Assembly: GCA_963771175.1 (NCBI GenBank)
Contig: CAVYSY010000026.1
Coordinates: 608,001-672,000, forward strand
Length of the DNA stretch: 64,000 bases
Origin: an uncultured delta proteobacterium
GTDB lineage: Bacteria; Myxococcota; Myxococcia; Myxococcales; Myxococcaceae
Direction of reading: 5' to 3'
Part shown: positions 21,271 to 33,751 of the stretch, piece after piece
Layout: the number at the start of each line of letters is the position of its first letter
How positions within the stretch are numbered: the first letter of the stretch is position 1
The notes under the pieces: generated by a model
Databases searched by the model: none
Told to the model about the DNA's origin: nothing
What the model saw: the letters and a program-made list of their open reading frames with translations, nothing else
Translations under genes and position numbers: made by a program

Positions 21271-23688
21271 ATGCTGAACGGAAGCCACATCCCTGAACGC
21301 GAGCAGGTCTCGCCGCCCACCACCATGCGGGTGCGCAAGCGCAACGGAGCGCTCGAGGTCGCGGACCTGAACAAGATCGTCCGGGCGATCGGCCGCTGTT
21401 GCGACGGGCTGCGCCAGGTCGATGCCATCCGCGTGGCGACGAAGACGATCGCCGGCCTCTACGACGGAGCCACGACGCAGGAGCTCGACCAGCTCTCCAT
21501 CCAGACCGCCGCCTCGCTGATCGCTCGAGGAGCCCGAGTACTCGCAAGCTCGCGGCGCGGCTGCTCGCGACGTTCATCGACAAGGAGGTCTCCGGACCAG
21601 GAGATCCACTCCTTCTCGCAGTCGATCGCCGCCGGCCATCGCCTCGGCCTCGTCAACGATCGCGTGCACGGCTTCGTCTCGGCGAACGCACGCAAGCTGA
21701 ACGACGCGATCGACCCCTCGCGAACCGGCCTCTTCGAGTACTTCGGGCTGCGCACGGTCTACGACCGCTACCTGCTCAAGCACCCGAAGACGCGCGAGGT
21801 GCTCGAGACGCCCCAGCACTTCTTCATGCGCATCGCGTGCGCGCTCGCGGAGACCGTGCCCGAGGCGCTCGAGCTCTATCGGCTCTTCTCGATCGCTCGA
21901 GTACGTGCCGAGCTCGCCCACCCTCTTCAACTCGGGCACGCGCCACGAGCAGCTCTCGTCGCTGCTTCCTCCTGGACTCGCCCGGGGACGAGCTGGAGAC
22001 CATCTACCAGCGCTACACCGACGTCGCGATGCTCTCGAAGTTCTCGGGCGGCATCGGCCTCGCGTACCACCGCGTCCGCTCGCGCGGCTCGCTCATCGCG
22101 AGCACCAACGGGCACTCGCAACGGCATCGTGCCCTGGCTGAAGACGCTCGATGCGTCGGTGGCCGCGGTGAACCAGGGCGGCAAGCGCAAGGGCGCCTGC
22201 TGCGTGTACCTCGAGACCTGGCACGCGGACATCGAGGAGTTCCTCGAGCTGCGCGACAACACCGGCGACGAGGCGCGCCGCACGCACAACCTGAACCTCG
22301 CCAACTGGATCCCCGATCTCTTCATGAAGCGCGTCGAGGCCGACGGGGACTGGTCCCTCTTCGATCCCAAGACCGTCCCGCACCTCACCGACCTCTACGG
22401 CGAGGCGTTCGAGCGCGCCTACGACGCTGGCCGAGCGACAGGGCCTCGCGGCCCGGACGGTGAAGGCCCGCGATCTCTACGCGCGCATGATGCGGACGCT
22501 CGCCCAGACCGGGAACGGCTGGATGACGTTCAAGGACACGTCGAACCGGGCCTGCAACCAGACCGCGCTGCCGGGCCGCGTCGTCCACCTCTCGAACCTC
22601 TGCACCGAGATCCTCGAGGTCACCTCGGGGGACGAGACGGCGGTCTGCAACCTCGGCTCGATCAACCTCGCGCGGCACACGTCCGTGGACGAGGCCAGCC
22701 GGGTGACGTTCGACTTCGACAAGCTCGCGCGGACGGTGCGCACGGCGGTGCGTCAGCTCGACCGGGTGATCGACCTCAACTTCTACCCGATCGCCTCGGC
22801 GCAAGACGCTCGAACCTCCGCTGGCGGCCGGTGGGCCTGGGCGTGATGGGCCTGCAGGACGTGTTCTTCCAGCTGCGCCTGCCCTTCGACGCGCCCGAGG
22901 CGCGCGAGCTCTCGCGGCGGATCTCCGAGGAGATCTACTTCCACGCGCTCTCCGCCTCGTGCGACCTCGCGGCCGAGCGCGGCGCGCACCCGGCCTTCCC
23001 CGAGACGCGCGCGGCGCGAGGCGAGCTCCAGTTCGACGCGTGGGGCGTCACCCCCGAGGACCCGGCGCGCTGGGACGCGCTCCGCGCCCGGATCCAGACG
23101 GTGGGCCTGCGCAACTCGCTGCTCATCGCGATCGCGCCGACGGCGACCATCGCGTCGATCGCCGGCTGCTACGAGTGCATCGAGCCGCAGGTGTCGAACC
23201 TCTTCAAGCGCGAGACGCTCTCGGGCGACTTCCTGCAGGTGAACCGCTACCTCGTCGACGGAGCTCAAGTCGCTCGGCCTCTGGAACGAGGAGATGCGCA
23301 CCCGCATCAAGCTCGCCGAGGGCTCGATCCAGGCCATGGGGGAGATTCCCGCGGACGTGCGAGCCATCTACCGCACCGCGTGGGAGCTGCCGATGCGCTC
23401 GCTCATCGACATGGCGGCCGACCGCGGCGCCTTCATCGACCAGAGCCAGTCGCTCAACCTGTTCATCGAGACGCCGAACATCGGGCAGCTCACCTCCATG
23501 TACATGTACGCCTGGAAGAAGGGGCTGAAGACGACCTACTACCTGCGCTCCCGGCCGGCGACGCGCATCGCGAAGGACCGACGCGTCGACGCGGCGACGT
23601 CACGGCGCCGATGAAGCCGACACCGACACCGACGCAGGCCGTCGCCTGCTCCCTGGAGAACCCCGAGAACTGCGAGGCCTGCCAATGA
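21271..23688 (+). CDS. nrdA: Ribonucleoside-diphosphate reductase alpha subunit, class Ia, with N-terminal ATP cone (several frameshifts)
   Basis: VRKRNG, PSSPTLFNSGT, NQGGKRKG, SNLCTEI, VCNLGSINL, APTAT, DQSQSLN, GLKTTYYLR, C-terminal CEACQ. Confidence 0.92.
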   Translation: MLNGSHIPEREQVSPPTTMRVRKRNGALEVADLNKIVRAIGRCCDGLRQVDAIRVATKTIAGLYDGATTQELDQLSIQTAASLIARGARVLASSRRGCSRRSSTRRSPDQEIHSFSQSIAAGHRLGLVNDRVHGFVSANARKLNDAIDPSRTGLFEYFGLRTVYDRYLLKHPKTREVLETPQHFFMRIACALAETVPEALELYRLFSIARVRAELAHPLQLGHAPRAALVAASSWTRPGTSWRPSTSATPTSRCSRSSRAASASRTTASARAARSSRAPTGTRNGIVPWLKTLDASVAAVNQGGKRKGACCVYLETWHADIEEFLELRDNTGDEARRTHNLNLANWIPDLFMKRVEADGDWSLFDPKTVPHLTDLYGEAFERAYDAGRATGPRGPDGEGPRSLRAHDADARPDRERLDDVQGHVEPGLQPDRAAGPRRPPLEPLHRDPRGHLGGRDGGLQPRLDQPRAAHVRGRGQPGDVRLRQARADGAHGGASARPGDRPQLLPDRLGARRSNLRWRPVGLGVMGLQDVFFQLRLPFDAPEARELSRRISEEIYFHALSASCDLAAERGAHPAFPETRAARGELQFDAWGVTPEDPARWDALRARIQTVGLRNSLLIAIAPTATIASIAGCYECIEPQVSNLFKRETLSGDFLQVNRYLVDGAQVARPLERGDAHPHQARRGLDPGHGGDSRGRASHLPHRVGAADALAHRHGGRPRRLHRPEPVAQPVHRDAEHRAAHLHVHVRLEEGAEDDLLPALPAGDAHREGPTRRRGDVTAPMKPTPTPTQAVACSLENPENCEACQ

Positions 23689-24752
23689 GCGCCCAGAAGA
23701 ACGAGAGCTGGACCCCGACGAAGGTCTCGCACGCGACGCCGAAGACGGGCGCACGGCTGCTCGACCCGGGCCTGAACCTCACGCTGCGCCCGATGCAGTA
23801 CCCGGTCTTCTTCGACATGTACCGGGACGCCATCAAGAACACCTGGACGGTGGAGGAGGTGGACTTCTCGACGGACGTGGGAGACCTGCGCTCGAAGATG
23901 ACGGCCGCGGACCGCCATCTCATCCAGCGGCTCGTGGCCTTCTTCGCGACGGGCGACTCCATCGTGGCGAACAACCTCGTGCTGAACCTCTACAAGCACG
24001 TGAACGCGCCCGAGGCGCGCATGTACCTGTCGCGGCAGCTCTACGAGGAGGCACTGCACGTGCAGTTCTACCTCACGCTGCTCGACACGTACGTGCCGGA
24101 CCCGGTCGAGCGGGCGAAGGCCTTCGCGGCGATCGACAACATCCCGAGCATCCGCGCGAAGGCCGAGTTCTGCTTCAGGTGGATGGACACCATCGGCGAG
24201 CTGGAGCGGCTGGAGACGAAGGAGCAGCGGCGCCAGTTCCTCCTGAACCTCATCTGCTTCGCGGCCTGCATCGAGGGGCTCTTCTTCTTCGCGGCGTTCG
24301 CCTACGTCTACTTCCTCCGCTCGCGGGGGCTGCTGCACGGGCTGGCCGCCGGGACGAACTGGGTCTTCCGCGACGAGAGCGCGCACATGGCCTTCGCCTT
24401 CGAGGTGGTGCGGACGGTGCGCCGCGAGGAGCCGGACCTCTTCGACGCGGAGCTGGAGCGGCGCATCGCCACGATGATCGACGAGGCGGTGGCGTGCGAG
24501 CTCCAGTTCGCCGAGGACCTGCTGGGGCTCGGCGTCGCCGGGCTCTCCGTGCGCGAGATGCGGCAGTACCTGGAGTTCGTCGCGGATCAGCGACTCGCGA
24601 TGCTGGAGCTGCCGAAGCGCTACGGCGCGAAGAACCCGTTCGGCTTCATGGACCTGCAGGACGTGCAGGAGCTGGCGAACTTCTTCGAGCGCCGCGTCTC
24701 CGCGTACCAGGTCGGCGTCGCCGGGGAGGTCACCTTCGACGCGGCGTTCTGA
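23685..24752 (+). CDS. nrdB: Ribonucleoside-diphosphate reductase beta subunit, class Ia
   Basis: FFATGD, EEALH...Y (radical Tyr), IEGLFF, RDESAH, NFFERRVSAY. Confidence 0.95.
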   Translation: MSAQKNESWTPTKVSHATPKTGARLLDPGLNLTLRPMQYPVFFDMYRDAIKNTWTVEEVDFSTDVGDLRSKMTAADRHLIQRLVAFFATGDSIVANNLVLNLYKHVNAPEARMYLSRQLYEEALHVQFYLTLLDTYVPDPVERAKAFAAIDNIPSIRAKAEFCFRWMDTIGELERLETKEQRRQFLLNLICFAACIEGLFFFAAFAYVYFLRSRGLLHGLAAGTNWVFRDESAHMAFAFEVVRTVRREEPDLFDAELERRIATMIDEAVACELQFAEDLLGLGVAGLSVREMRQYLEFVADQRLAMLELPKRYGAKNPFGFMDLQDVQELANFFERRVSAYQVGVAGEVTFDAAF

Positions 24753-24770
24753 GCCAAGGGCGTCACCCGT

Positions 24771-25792
24771 TCACTTCGCCCGTTCGACGCGGCCGTCGGG
24801 ATGCCGCGCGAACCGGCCTTCCTCCCTCGGGTGCACCGGGCCATTGCTCGGCCACGGCCAGCCCCCGAACTCCGTGCGCTGGTAGTCCTGGAACGCCTGC
24901 CGGAGCTCGGCGGGGGTATTCATGACGAAGGGACCGTACTGCACGACGGGCTCTCCGATCGGCCGGCCCTGCAGGAGGAGCAGCTCGCCCTGGTCCGGGC
25001 CATTGGTGAGCGTCACCTCCTGCTCGGCGCGGAGCTGGACCCCGGAGTAGGACGGGATGGACCGGTTGCCGATCCGGAGGGAGCTTCCCACGAAGAAATA
25101 GAGCGTGCGGTTCACTCCCTTCCCCGCAGGCGGGAGCGTCCACTCCGCCCCGGGCTCCATCTTGATGGTCCAGATGGCGAGCTCCGACTCAGGCCGCGCC
25201 GCCCAGGACTTCGGCGGAGGCGGAGGCGCCTGGAGCTGAGCGAGCTGCCCGGCCACGACGTTGACCTCGGTCAACCGTCCGGCCGAATCCCGGGCGCTGT
25301 ACTTCGGGATCGTGTCGCTCCAGAACATCGAGAAGTGGGGCTCCACGAGCTTGTTCGCTCTCGGCAGGTTCAGCCAGATCTGGAACAGCTCGAGCGGGTT
25401 CGGCCCCTTCTGGTCGACCAACGGGAACATTCCTCGGAGTGGACGACGCCCTTGCCGGTGGTGAGCCACTGGACGTCTCCGTGTCCGAAGCGGGCAACCG
25501 CGCCCAGGGAGTCCGAGTGGTCGATGAGCCCGCGGCGAACGATCGTCACCGTCTCGAAGCCACGATGCGGGTGCTGGGGAAACCCAGGCACCACGTCCCC
25601 GTGGTACATGCGCCAGCCATCCTTGCCCTCGAAGTCCTGCCCGATGTCCCGGCCCGCGAGGGATGCGGCGGGGCCCATCCGCTCGTCCCCCGCCGGATAG
25701 GCATCATCGTGGTGGACGCAGAAGAGGAACGGGTCGGAGGTCTGCCACTGGAACCCCAGGGGGTTCACGTTCAGCACGGCGTCGTCGCTCAT
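24771..25792 (-). CDS. Pirin family protein (one frameshift near 25430)
   Basis: [34 protein letters not shown]. Confidence 0.88.
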
Positions 25793-25806
25793 AGGTCCTC
25801 TCTAAT

Positions 25807-25846
25807 AACAAAACGCCCGGGCGCCTCGAAAGGCGTCCCCGGGCGT
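25807..25846 (-). terminator. Rho-independent terminator of glmS
   Basis: - strand ACGCCCGGG...CCCGGGCGT followed by TTTGTT. Confidence 0.7.
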
Positions 25847-25878
25847 GATGGACCGAGCAGCGGTCCGAGAGCGGCGGA

Positions 25879-27721
<1,843 letters not shown>

Positions 27722-27828
27722 GTTGTCCGTCCTCTCTCACGCCCGAGCCCCCGTTGGCAAATTCCCGGGGCACCCCACCTACACCGGGCGACACCTGTCG
27801 CCCTGACGACAAGCAAAAGCCGGGCCCA

Positions 27829-29274
27829 CTACCCGTCGGAGCTCTTGTCCGACTTGGAAGGGCCTGCTTCCGAGGACTTGGCCATGCGCGCCTTCTTCCT
27901 CTCCACCCAGCCCTCCTTGTTGACCTGTGGCGTACGCGACACGGCGAGGCTCCCGGGAGGCACATCTTTCGTCACCGTGGTGCCCGCGCCGACATACGCG
28001 CCGTCCCCGACCTTCACCGGGGCCACCAGCTGGCGTGTCGGAGCCGATGAAGACGCCGTCACCCAGCTCGGTGAGGTGCTTGTGCACCCCGTCGTAGTTG
28101 CAGGTGATGGTGCCGGCGCCGACGTTCACCCCGGAGCCGATCTTCGCGTCGCCCGAGGTAGGCGAGGTGGTTGGCCTTGGAGCCGCGGCCGATGCCGGGC
28201 CTTCTTCGTCTCCACGAAGTTGCCCAGGTGCACGTCCTCGGCCAGCTCCGTACCCGGGCGCAACCGGGCGAAGGGGCCGATGATGCAGCGCTCGCCCACC
28301 CGGGCCTCCTCCAGCACGGAGTAGGGCTTGATGTGTCGTCCCGTCGGCCACCGAGGAGGCGTGCAGGACGCTGCCCTGTCCGATGGTGACGTTGCGGCCG
28401 ACCACCGTGCGCCCCCGACAGCGTCACCATGGGGGCGATCTCCGTGTCCGCGCCGATGGCCACGCCCTCCTCGATGTAGGTGGTGGCCGGGTCCTGCAGG
28501 GTGACGCCCGTCGCGCATGTGCCAGGTGTTGATGCGCTCCTGGAGCACGCGGGCGCGCGCGGCCAGCTCCACCCGGTCGTTCACGCCGGCCGTCTCGCCG
28601 AAGTCGGCCTCCACGGCGGCCACCGGGCCCTCGGCCGCGGCCATCTCCACCAGGTCCGTGAGGTAGTACTCGCCCTGCGCGTTTGGGCTGCGGATGTTGG
28701 CCAGCGCCTTCCAGAGGAAGGAGGACTCCACCAGGTAGATGCCGGCGTTGCACTCGCGCACCTGGCGCTGCTCGGGGGTGCGTCCTTGTGCTCGACGATG
28801 CGCACCACCTTGCCGCCCTCGCGGAGGACGCGGCCGTAGCCGGTGGGGTCCTCCGGCACGGTGGAGACCAGGGAGAGCACGCCGCCGCCCTGCGTCGTGC
28901 GCGGCGGCCAGCGCCTCGCAGCGTCTCGCGGCGCAGCAGCGGCACGTCACCGTAGAGGATGAGGACGCGCCCGTTGAAGTCCTTCAGCGCGCTCCTCCGC
29001 CGCGCGCACCGCGTCCGCCGTGCCGCGCTGCTCCTTCTGGAGCGCGAAGCGCAGGGGCGCGGTGGGGAAGAGCGCGCGGATGGCGCGCTCCACCTCCTCG
29101 GCCTGGTGGCCCACCACCGGCACCACCGGAGAGGCGCCCAGGTCGCAGCGCGCGCATCAGGGGATAGGCACAGAGGGGCTTGCCAAGGATGGGGTGAAGG
29201 ACCTTGGCCTTCTCCGACTTCATCCGCGTGCCCTTGCCCGCGCACAACACCACGGCCGCGAGAGGAGCTGTCAT
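27829..29274 (-). CDS. glmU: Bifunctional UDP-GlcNAc pyrophosphorylase / GlcN-1-P acetyltransferase (several frameshifts)
   Basis: [40 protein letters not shown]. Confidence 0.93.
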
Positions 29275-29284
29275 GCGGCGATTA

Positions 29285-29479
29285 CTAGGGACGCGGCGGC
29301 GGCTCGTCAACCGCGAGCAGGCGAGCGGGGGGCCGGGGGCCCTCGGAGCGGGCGCGAACGGACACGGACAGCGTATTGCTCTGCACGGTGATGCCGAACG
29401 TCGGCTTGAGGAAGACCGTCGTCACCGGGACATCCGGAGGGGTCGGCGGCGGCTTCATTGTCGTCAGGTTGGCGTTCAT
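29285..29479 (-). CDS. Possible 64-aa small protein
   Basis: [35 protein letters not shown]...; high GC3 and purine-rich stretch before ATG. Confidence 0.3.
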   Translation of the reverse strand: MNANLTTMKPPPTPPDVPVTTVFLKPTFGITVQSNTLSVSVRARSEGPRPPARLLAVDEPPPRP

Positions 29480-29716
29480 GTTCCCCCCGGCGCTACGCAG
29501 CGTCTTGCACAGGATGCCCACCCCTGGGGCCCAGTCAAACAACTGACTGAGCATGCTGGCGTCCGCCGGACACTTCTTCGCGATGAAACGGCTTGTGGCG
29601 CGTCCGGGCGGCGGCGGGATACTCCAGAACCCCGAGCCAGGGAAGCAGCAGTTGCGGACCCGATGAAGCAACAGTTGCGGGCCCGATTACGGAGCGCGCA
29701 CGTGGAGACGGTAAAG

Positions 29717-31503
29717 ATGCGAACTCACCGGAAGTGGTGGGGCGTGGCACTGGTGATGCTGCTGGCGGCGTGGCCCGCGTGGGCGGCGCGGCCCTACCGC
29801 GGCGGCGCGGTGGCCACGGCCCACCCGATGGCGAGCGAGGCGGCGCTGCAGATGCTGCAGAAGGGCGGCAACGCGACGGACGCGGCGGTGGCGGCGGCCT
29901 TCACGCTGGCGGTGGTGGGGCCCTACCACTCGGGGCTGGGCGGCGGCGGCTTCGCGCTGGTGCACGACGCGAAGGAGGGCCAGACGCAGGTGCTGGACTT
30001 CCGCGAGGTGGCGCCCAAGGGGGCCACGCCGCGACATGTACGTGAAGGACGGGCCAGGTGGTGCCGGGGCTGTCCACGGACGGCGCGCTGAGCGTGGCGG
30101 TGCCCGGCGCGGTGGCCGGCTACCTGGAGCTGCTCGAGCGCACGGCAAGCTGCCGCGCCGCGGTGGTGCTCGCGCCCGCCATCGAGGCCGCGCGCAAGGG
30201 CTTCTGGGTGACGCCCAAGTACCAGCGATGGCCGACCCGGCGGCTCGAGTGCCTGCGGCAGGACGCCGAGGCCGCGCGCCTCTTCCTCGCGAAGAAGCGG
30301 ACCAGGGCGAGCTGGACGTGCCGCCCGTGGGCCACCTGCGTGCGCCAGCCGGAGCTGGCGCGGCACGCTCGAGGCGCTCGCGAAGCGCGGGCGCCCAAGG
30401 CCTTCTACGCGGGCCCGCTCGCCAGGCGATGGTGGACACGGTGAAGGCGGGCGGCGGCCTGCTCACGCTGGAGGACCTGAAGGCCTACAAGACGCGCGCG
30501 CACGCCCCGCTGGAGGGGCAGCTACCGCGGCCACCGCATCCTCACCATGCCGCCGCCGAGCGCGGGCGGGCTCGCGGTGGTGCAGGTGCTGGGGACGCTG
30601 GAGCGGCTGCAGCCGGGGCTGGACTTCCGCGACCCGCGAGCAGCTGCACCTCTACGTCGAGGCGGTGCGGCGCGTGTACGTGGACCGGGTGAAGTACCTG
30701 GGCGACCCGGCCTTCGTGGAGATTCCGCTCGAGCGCCTCACGCTCGCGCCGGCTACATCGCGGACCTGGCGCGCACCATCGACCCGAAGAAGGCCACCCC
30801 GAGCGCCAGCGCTGCTGCCCGCGCTGGAGGGCTCGCACCGGCTCCACGCTGAAGAACCCCACGCCACCTGGACGACCCAGTCCGGCCCACAGCCGGAGCA
30901 GAAGAACACCACGCACATCTCCGTCATCGACACGGAGGGCAACGCGGTGGCCCTGACCACCACGGTGAACTACGCCTTCGGCTCGTGCCTGGTGGCCAAG
31001 GGCACCGGCGTGCTGCTCAACGACGAGATGGACGACTTCGCCGCGCGATGCCCGGCGTGCCCAACGCCTACGGGCTGGTGACGGGCGAGGCCAACGCCAT
31101 CGCCCCGGGCAAGGTGCCGCTGTCCTCCATGTCCCCCACGCTGGTGTTCTCCAAGGAGGACCCCAAGCGGGTGATGCTGGCGGTGGGCAGCCCCGGCGGC
31201 TCCACCATCCCCACCACCGTCATCCAGGTCATCTCCAACGTGCGTGGACTCGGGCATGGACGTGACGCGCGCGGTGGGCGCAGGGCCGGCTGCACCACCA
31301 GTACCTGCCGGACGAGCTGTGGGTGGACCGCTGGGGCCTGGAGCCCGCCACGCAGGCGGCGCTGGAGGCGCAAGGGCCACAAGGTGTGCGCAAGCAGGAG
31401 GCCTGGGGCGACGCGGAGGCCGTGCTCAGCGACCCGAAGACGAACCTGCGCTACTCGGCGAGCGACCCGCGCAACGAGGGCGCGGGCCTGGGGCCAGGAC
31501 TGA
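29717..31503 (+). CDS. ggt: Gamma-glutamyltransferase (several frameshifts)
   Basis: [60 protein letters not shown]. Confidence 0.92.
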
Positions 31504-31518
31504 GCAGCGAAGAGCCCC

Positions 31519-32309
31519 GTGCTGCCCGAGCCGCTCCGCCATCTCTTCGACGCGCACCTGCACCCCGAGGCCCTGAGCGACCAGGACCTCGAGTCCATGC
31601 GCTTCTTCGGCGTGGAGCGCGCGCTGGTGGTGGCCCACCACTTCCCCGAGCCCACGCGCCAAGGCGCTGCGCCAGCACTTCGACGACCTGGTGGGCCGGC
31701 AGCTCCCGCGCCTGGAGCGGCTCGGCATCCGCGCCTGGGCGGCGCTGGGCGTGCACCCGCGCTGCATCCCCCGCCGCGGCCTGTCCGAGGTGCTCGCCAG
31801 CCTCCCGGACTACTTCCAGGGCGGGCGCGTGGTGGCGCTGGGCGAGACGGGTCTGCACGACGGGCGGCGATCGAGGAGGAGGAGGCCTTCCTCGAGCAGC
31901 TCGCGCTCGCGCGTCAGCTCAAGCTGAAGGTGCTGGTGCACACCCCGGCGCAGGACAAGGAGCGCCACACCCGGCGCATCCTCACCCTGCTCCGCGAGTC
32001 TGGCGTGCTGCCCTCGCGCGTGCTGGTGGACCACGCCACCGGGCGCACGGTGCGCAACATCCTCGGCTGCGGGCACTGGGCGGGGCTGACCCTGCACCCC
32101 GAGGCGCTGCGCGGCCGAGCGCGCTGTCGCCCTGGTGCGCCGGCTCGGGCAGCGAGCGGCTGGTGCTCAACTCGGATGCCGGCGATGGCGCCGGGGACAT
32201 CCTCGGGCTCGCGCGCGTGGCCAACCTGCTGGCCAAGGCGAAGCTCTCGGAGCGAGTGGTGAAGCGCGTGGCTTATGAGAACGCCTCGCGCTTCTACCGG
32301 CCTCGCTGA
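31519..32309 (+). CDS. TatD-family hydrolase (frameshifted)
   Basis: DAHLHP, LGVHP, VALGETGL, VLVHTP, VLVDH, LNSD. Confidence 0.82.
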
Positions 32310-32310
32310 C

Positions 32311-32583
32311 TCAGTGAAGCGCGCTGGACTCCGACTCGGGGTGCAGCGTCAGCCGCTGCGCCTCGGGGTCCAGCTTCGCCTGCACCGGGATGCCCCGGTG
32401 CCGGTAATGCGCCAGCGAGTCCGCCACCTCGTCCAGCAACAGCTGGTAGCGCTCGTCCAGCTCCACGGCAATCAACATCATCGTCTCGCCCGCGTCCTGG
32501 ACGCCGGGACGGTACATCTGGCAGCGCTGGAACCGCGCCCAGCGACCATTCTCCATCTTCACCAGCTCGCCGTCATAAGCCAT
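32311..32583 (-). CDS. Hypothetical protein, 90 aa
   Basis: MAYDGELVKMENGRWARFQRC...; AAGGGG RBS; high GC3. Confidence 0.75.
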   Translation of the reverse strand: MAYDGELVKMENGRWARFQRCQMYRPGVQDAGETMMLIAVELDERYQLLLDEVADSLAHYRHRGIPVQAKLDPEAQRLTLHPESESSALH

Positions 32584-32846
32584 GCGCAGTTCCCCCTTTC
32601 GACGGGAAGTCATGAACTGAATGGACGCACTTTAAGCACAAATTTTCCGCGCGTCACCCCCCCGTTTGAAAATTCGTGAAAGTGCCCTGATATTGGTCGT
32701 TTACCAGATGCTCCCCCTCGGAGCGGCCCAACCCCCCAGCCGAGCCGGACCCACCGTGTAAATTTGCTGGGCTGTTAAGTTGTTGATTTTCGACCCCTTG
32801 CGTCGTCCGGCTGCGTCAACCCGCTCCGGGCGCGAGGGCATTCCGG

Positions 32847-32862
32847 TGGCACGGGGTCCGCT
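32847..32862 (+). promoter_or_regulatory. Possible sigma54 promoter
   Basis: TGGCACGGGGTCCGCT has GG-N10-GC spacing, about 20 bp before ATG 32884. Confidence 0.4.
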
Positions 32863-32883
32863 CCATCCCTTAGATTCATTGGG

Positions 32884-33117
32884 ATGAAGTTGACCGAGTT
32901 GTTCCGCCGCGATCGGACCATCATCAAGCGCGCGGACGCGCAGGACCAGGCCGAGAAGATTCTGGCCGAGTCCCTCCGCATGCTGAGCCAGGTGTGCTCG
33001 AAGGTCGCCGACCTCATCGAGACCCAACGCCTGGAGCGGGCCGGCTACGCGCAGAAGGATGCCTACCTGCGCCGGCTGGACAACCCGCCTGGCGGCCCGG
33101 AGCGGAAGAAGGAGTAG
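32884..33117 (+). CDS. Hypothetical helical protein, 77 aa
   Basis: MKLTELFRRDRTIIKRADAQDQAEKILAESL...; high GC3. Confidence 0.7.
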   Translation: MKLTELFRRDRTIIKRADAQDQAEKILAESLRMLSQVCSKVADLIETQRLERAGYAQKDAYLRRLDNPPGGPERKKE

Positions 33118-33251
33118 AGGCGAGCCCCTGGCTGCCCGAGGGGCTGCCGCCCGTGGTGGATGCGCACGTCCACCGCTTCCCGGACGGCGTCTTCGAGGCG
33201 GTGTGGCGCTGGCTCGACCCGGACGGCTGGCCAATCCGCGACAAGCGTTGA
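33114..33251 (+). pseudogene. N-terminal remnant of an amidohydrolase
   Basis: LPPVVDAHVHRFPDGVFEAVWRW...GWPIR then stop. Confidence 0.55.
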
Positions 33252-33349
33252 AAAGCGGGCACACCCCTTCCGGAACAGAGGGGCCATTCCCATCTTGCCC
33301 CGCATAGAATCTGCCGTCTCCGTTGTGACGACTCCTTTGAGGCCCCGCA

Positions 33350-33727
33350 ATGTCCTACATCCTTGTCGTCGATGACGACGCGAGCCACCGCACGCTCATC
33401 TGCGATGCCCTGGAGGAGATGGGCTACCGCACGGAGCAGGCCGCCAATGGTCGTGAGGCCCTCGACATCCTCGAGGGAGAGATTCCGCAGGCGGTGCTGC
33501 TCGACCTGCGGATGCCGGTGATGAGTGGCTGGGGGCTGCTGGACGCACTCAAGAAGATGCCGCGCGCGCGCGGGCTGCCGATCATCATCATCTCGGGCTA
33601 CGGCTTCGAGTGGGAGGCCGAGCTCGTCGGAGCCGCCGGCTACATCTCCAAGCCGGTGGACCTGGACAAGGTGCGGATGACGGTGCAGCGCATCATCGGC
33701 CCCCCGGAGGTGGCCATGGTCCACTGA
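33350..33727 (+). CDS. Single-domain response regulator
   Basis: ILVVDDD, LLDLRMPVMSG, IIISG, YISKP. Confidence 0.93.
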   Translation: MSYILVVDDDASHRTLICDALEEMGYRTEQAANGREALDILEGEIPQAVLLDLRMPVMSGWGLLDALKKMPRARGLPIIIISGYGFEWEAELVGAAGYISKPVDLDKVRMTVQRIIGPPEVAMVH

Positions 33728-33751
33728 GCCCCCGGGGGACGAGACCGCGGC

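Noticed and set aside
27722..27828. glmS ribozyme in the glmS leader
   Set aside because: The leader is short and lacks the recognisable ribozyme core; an Rfam scan would settle it
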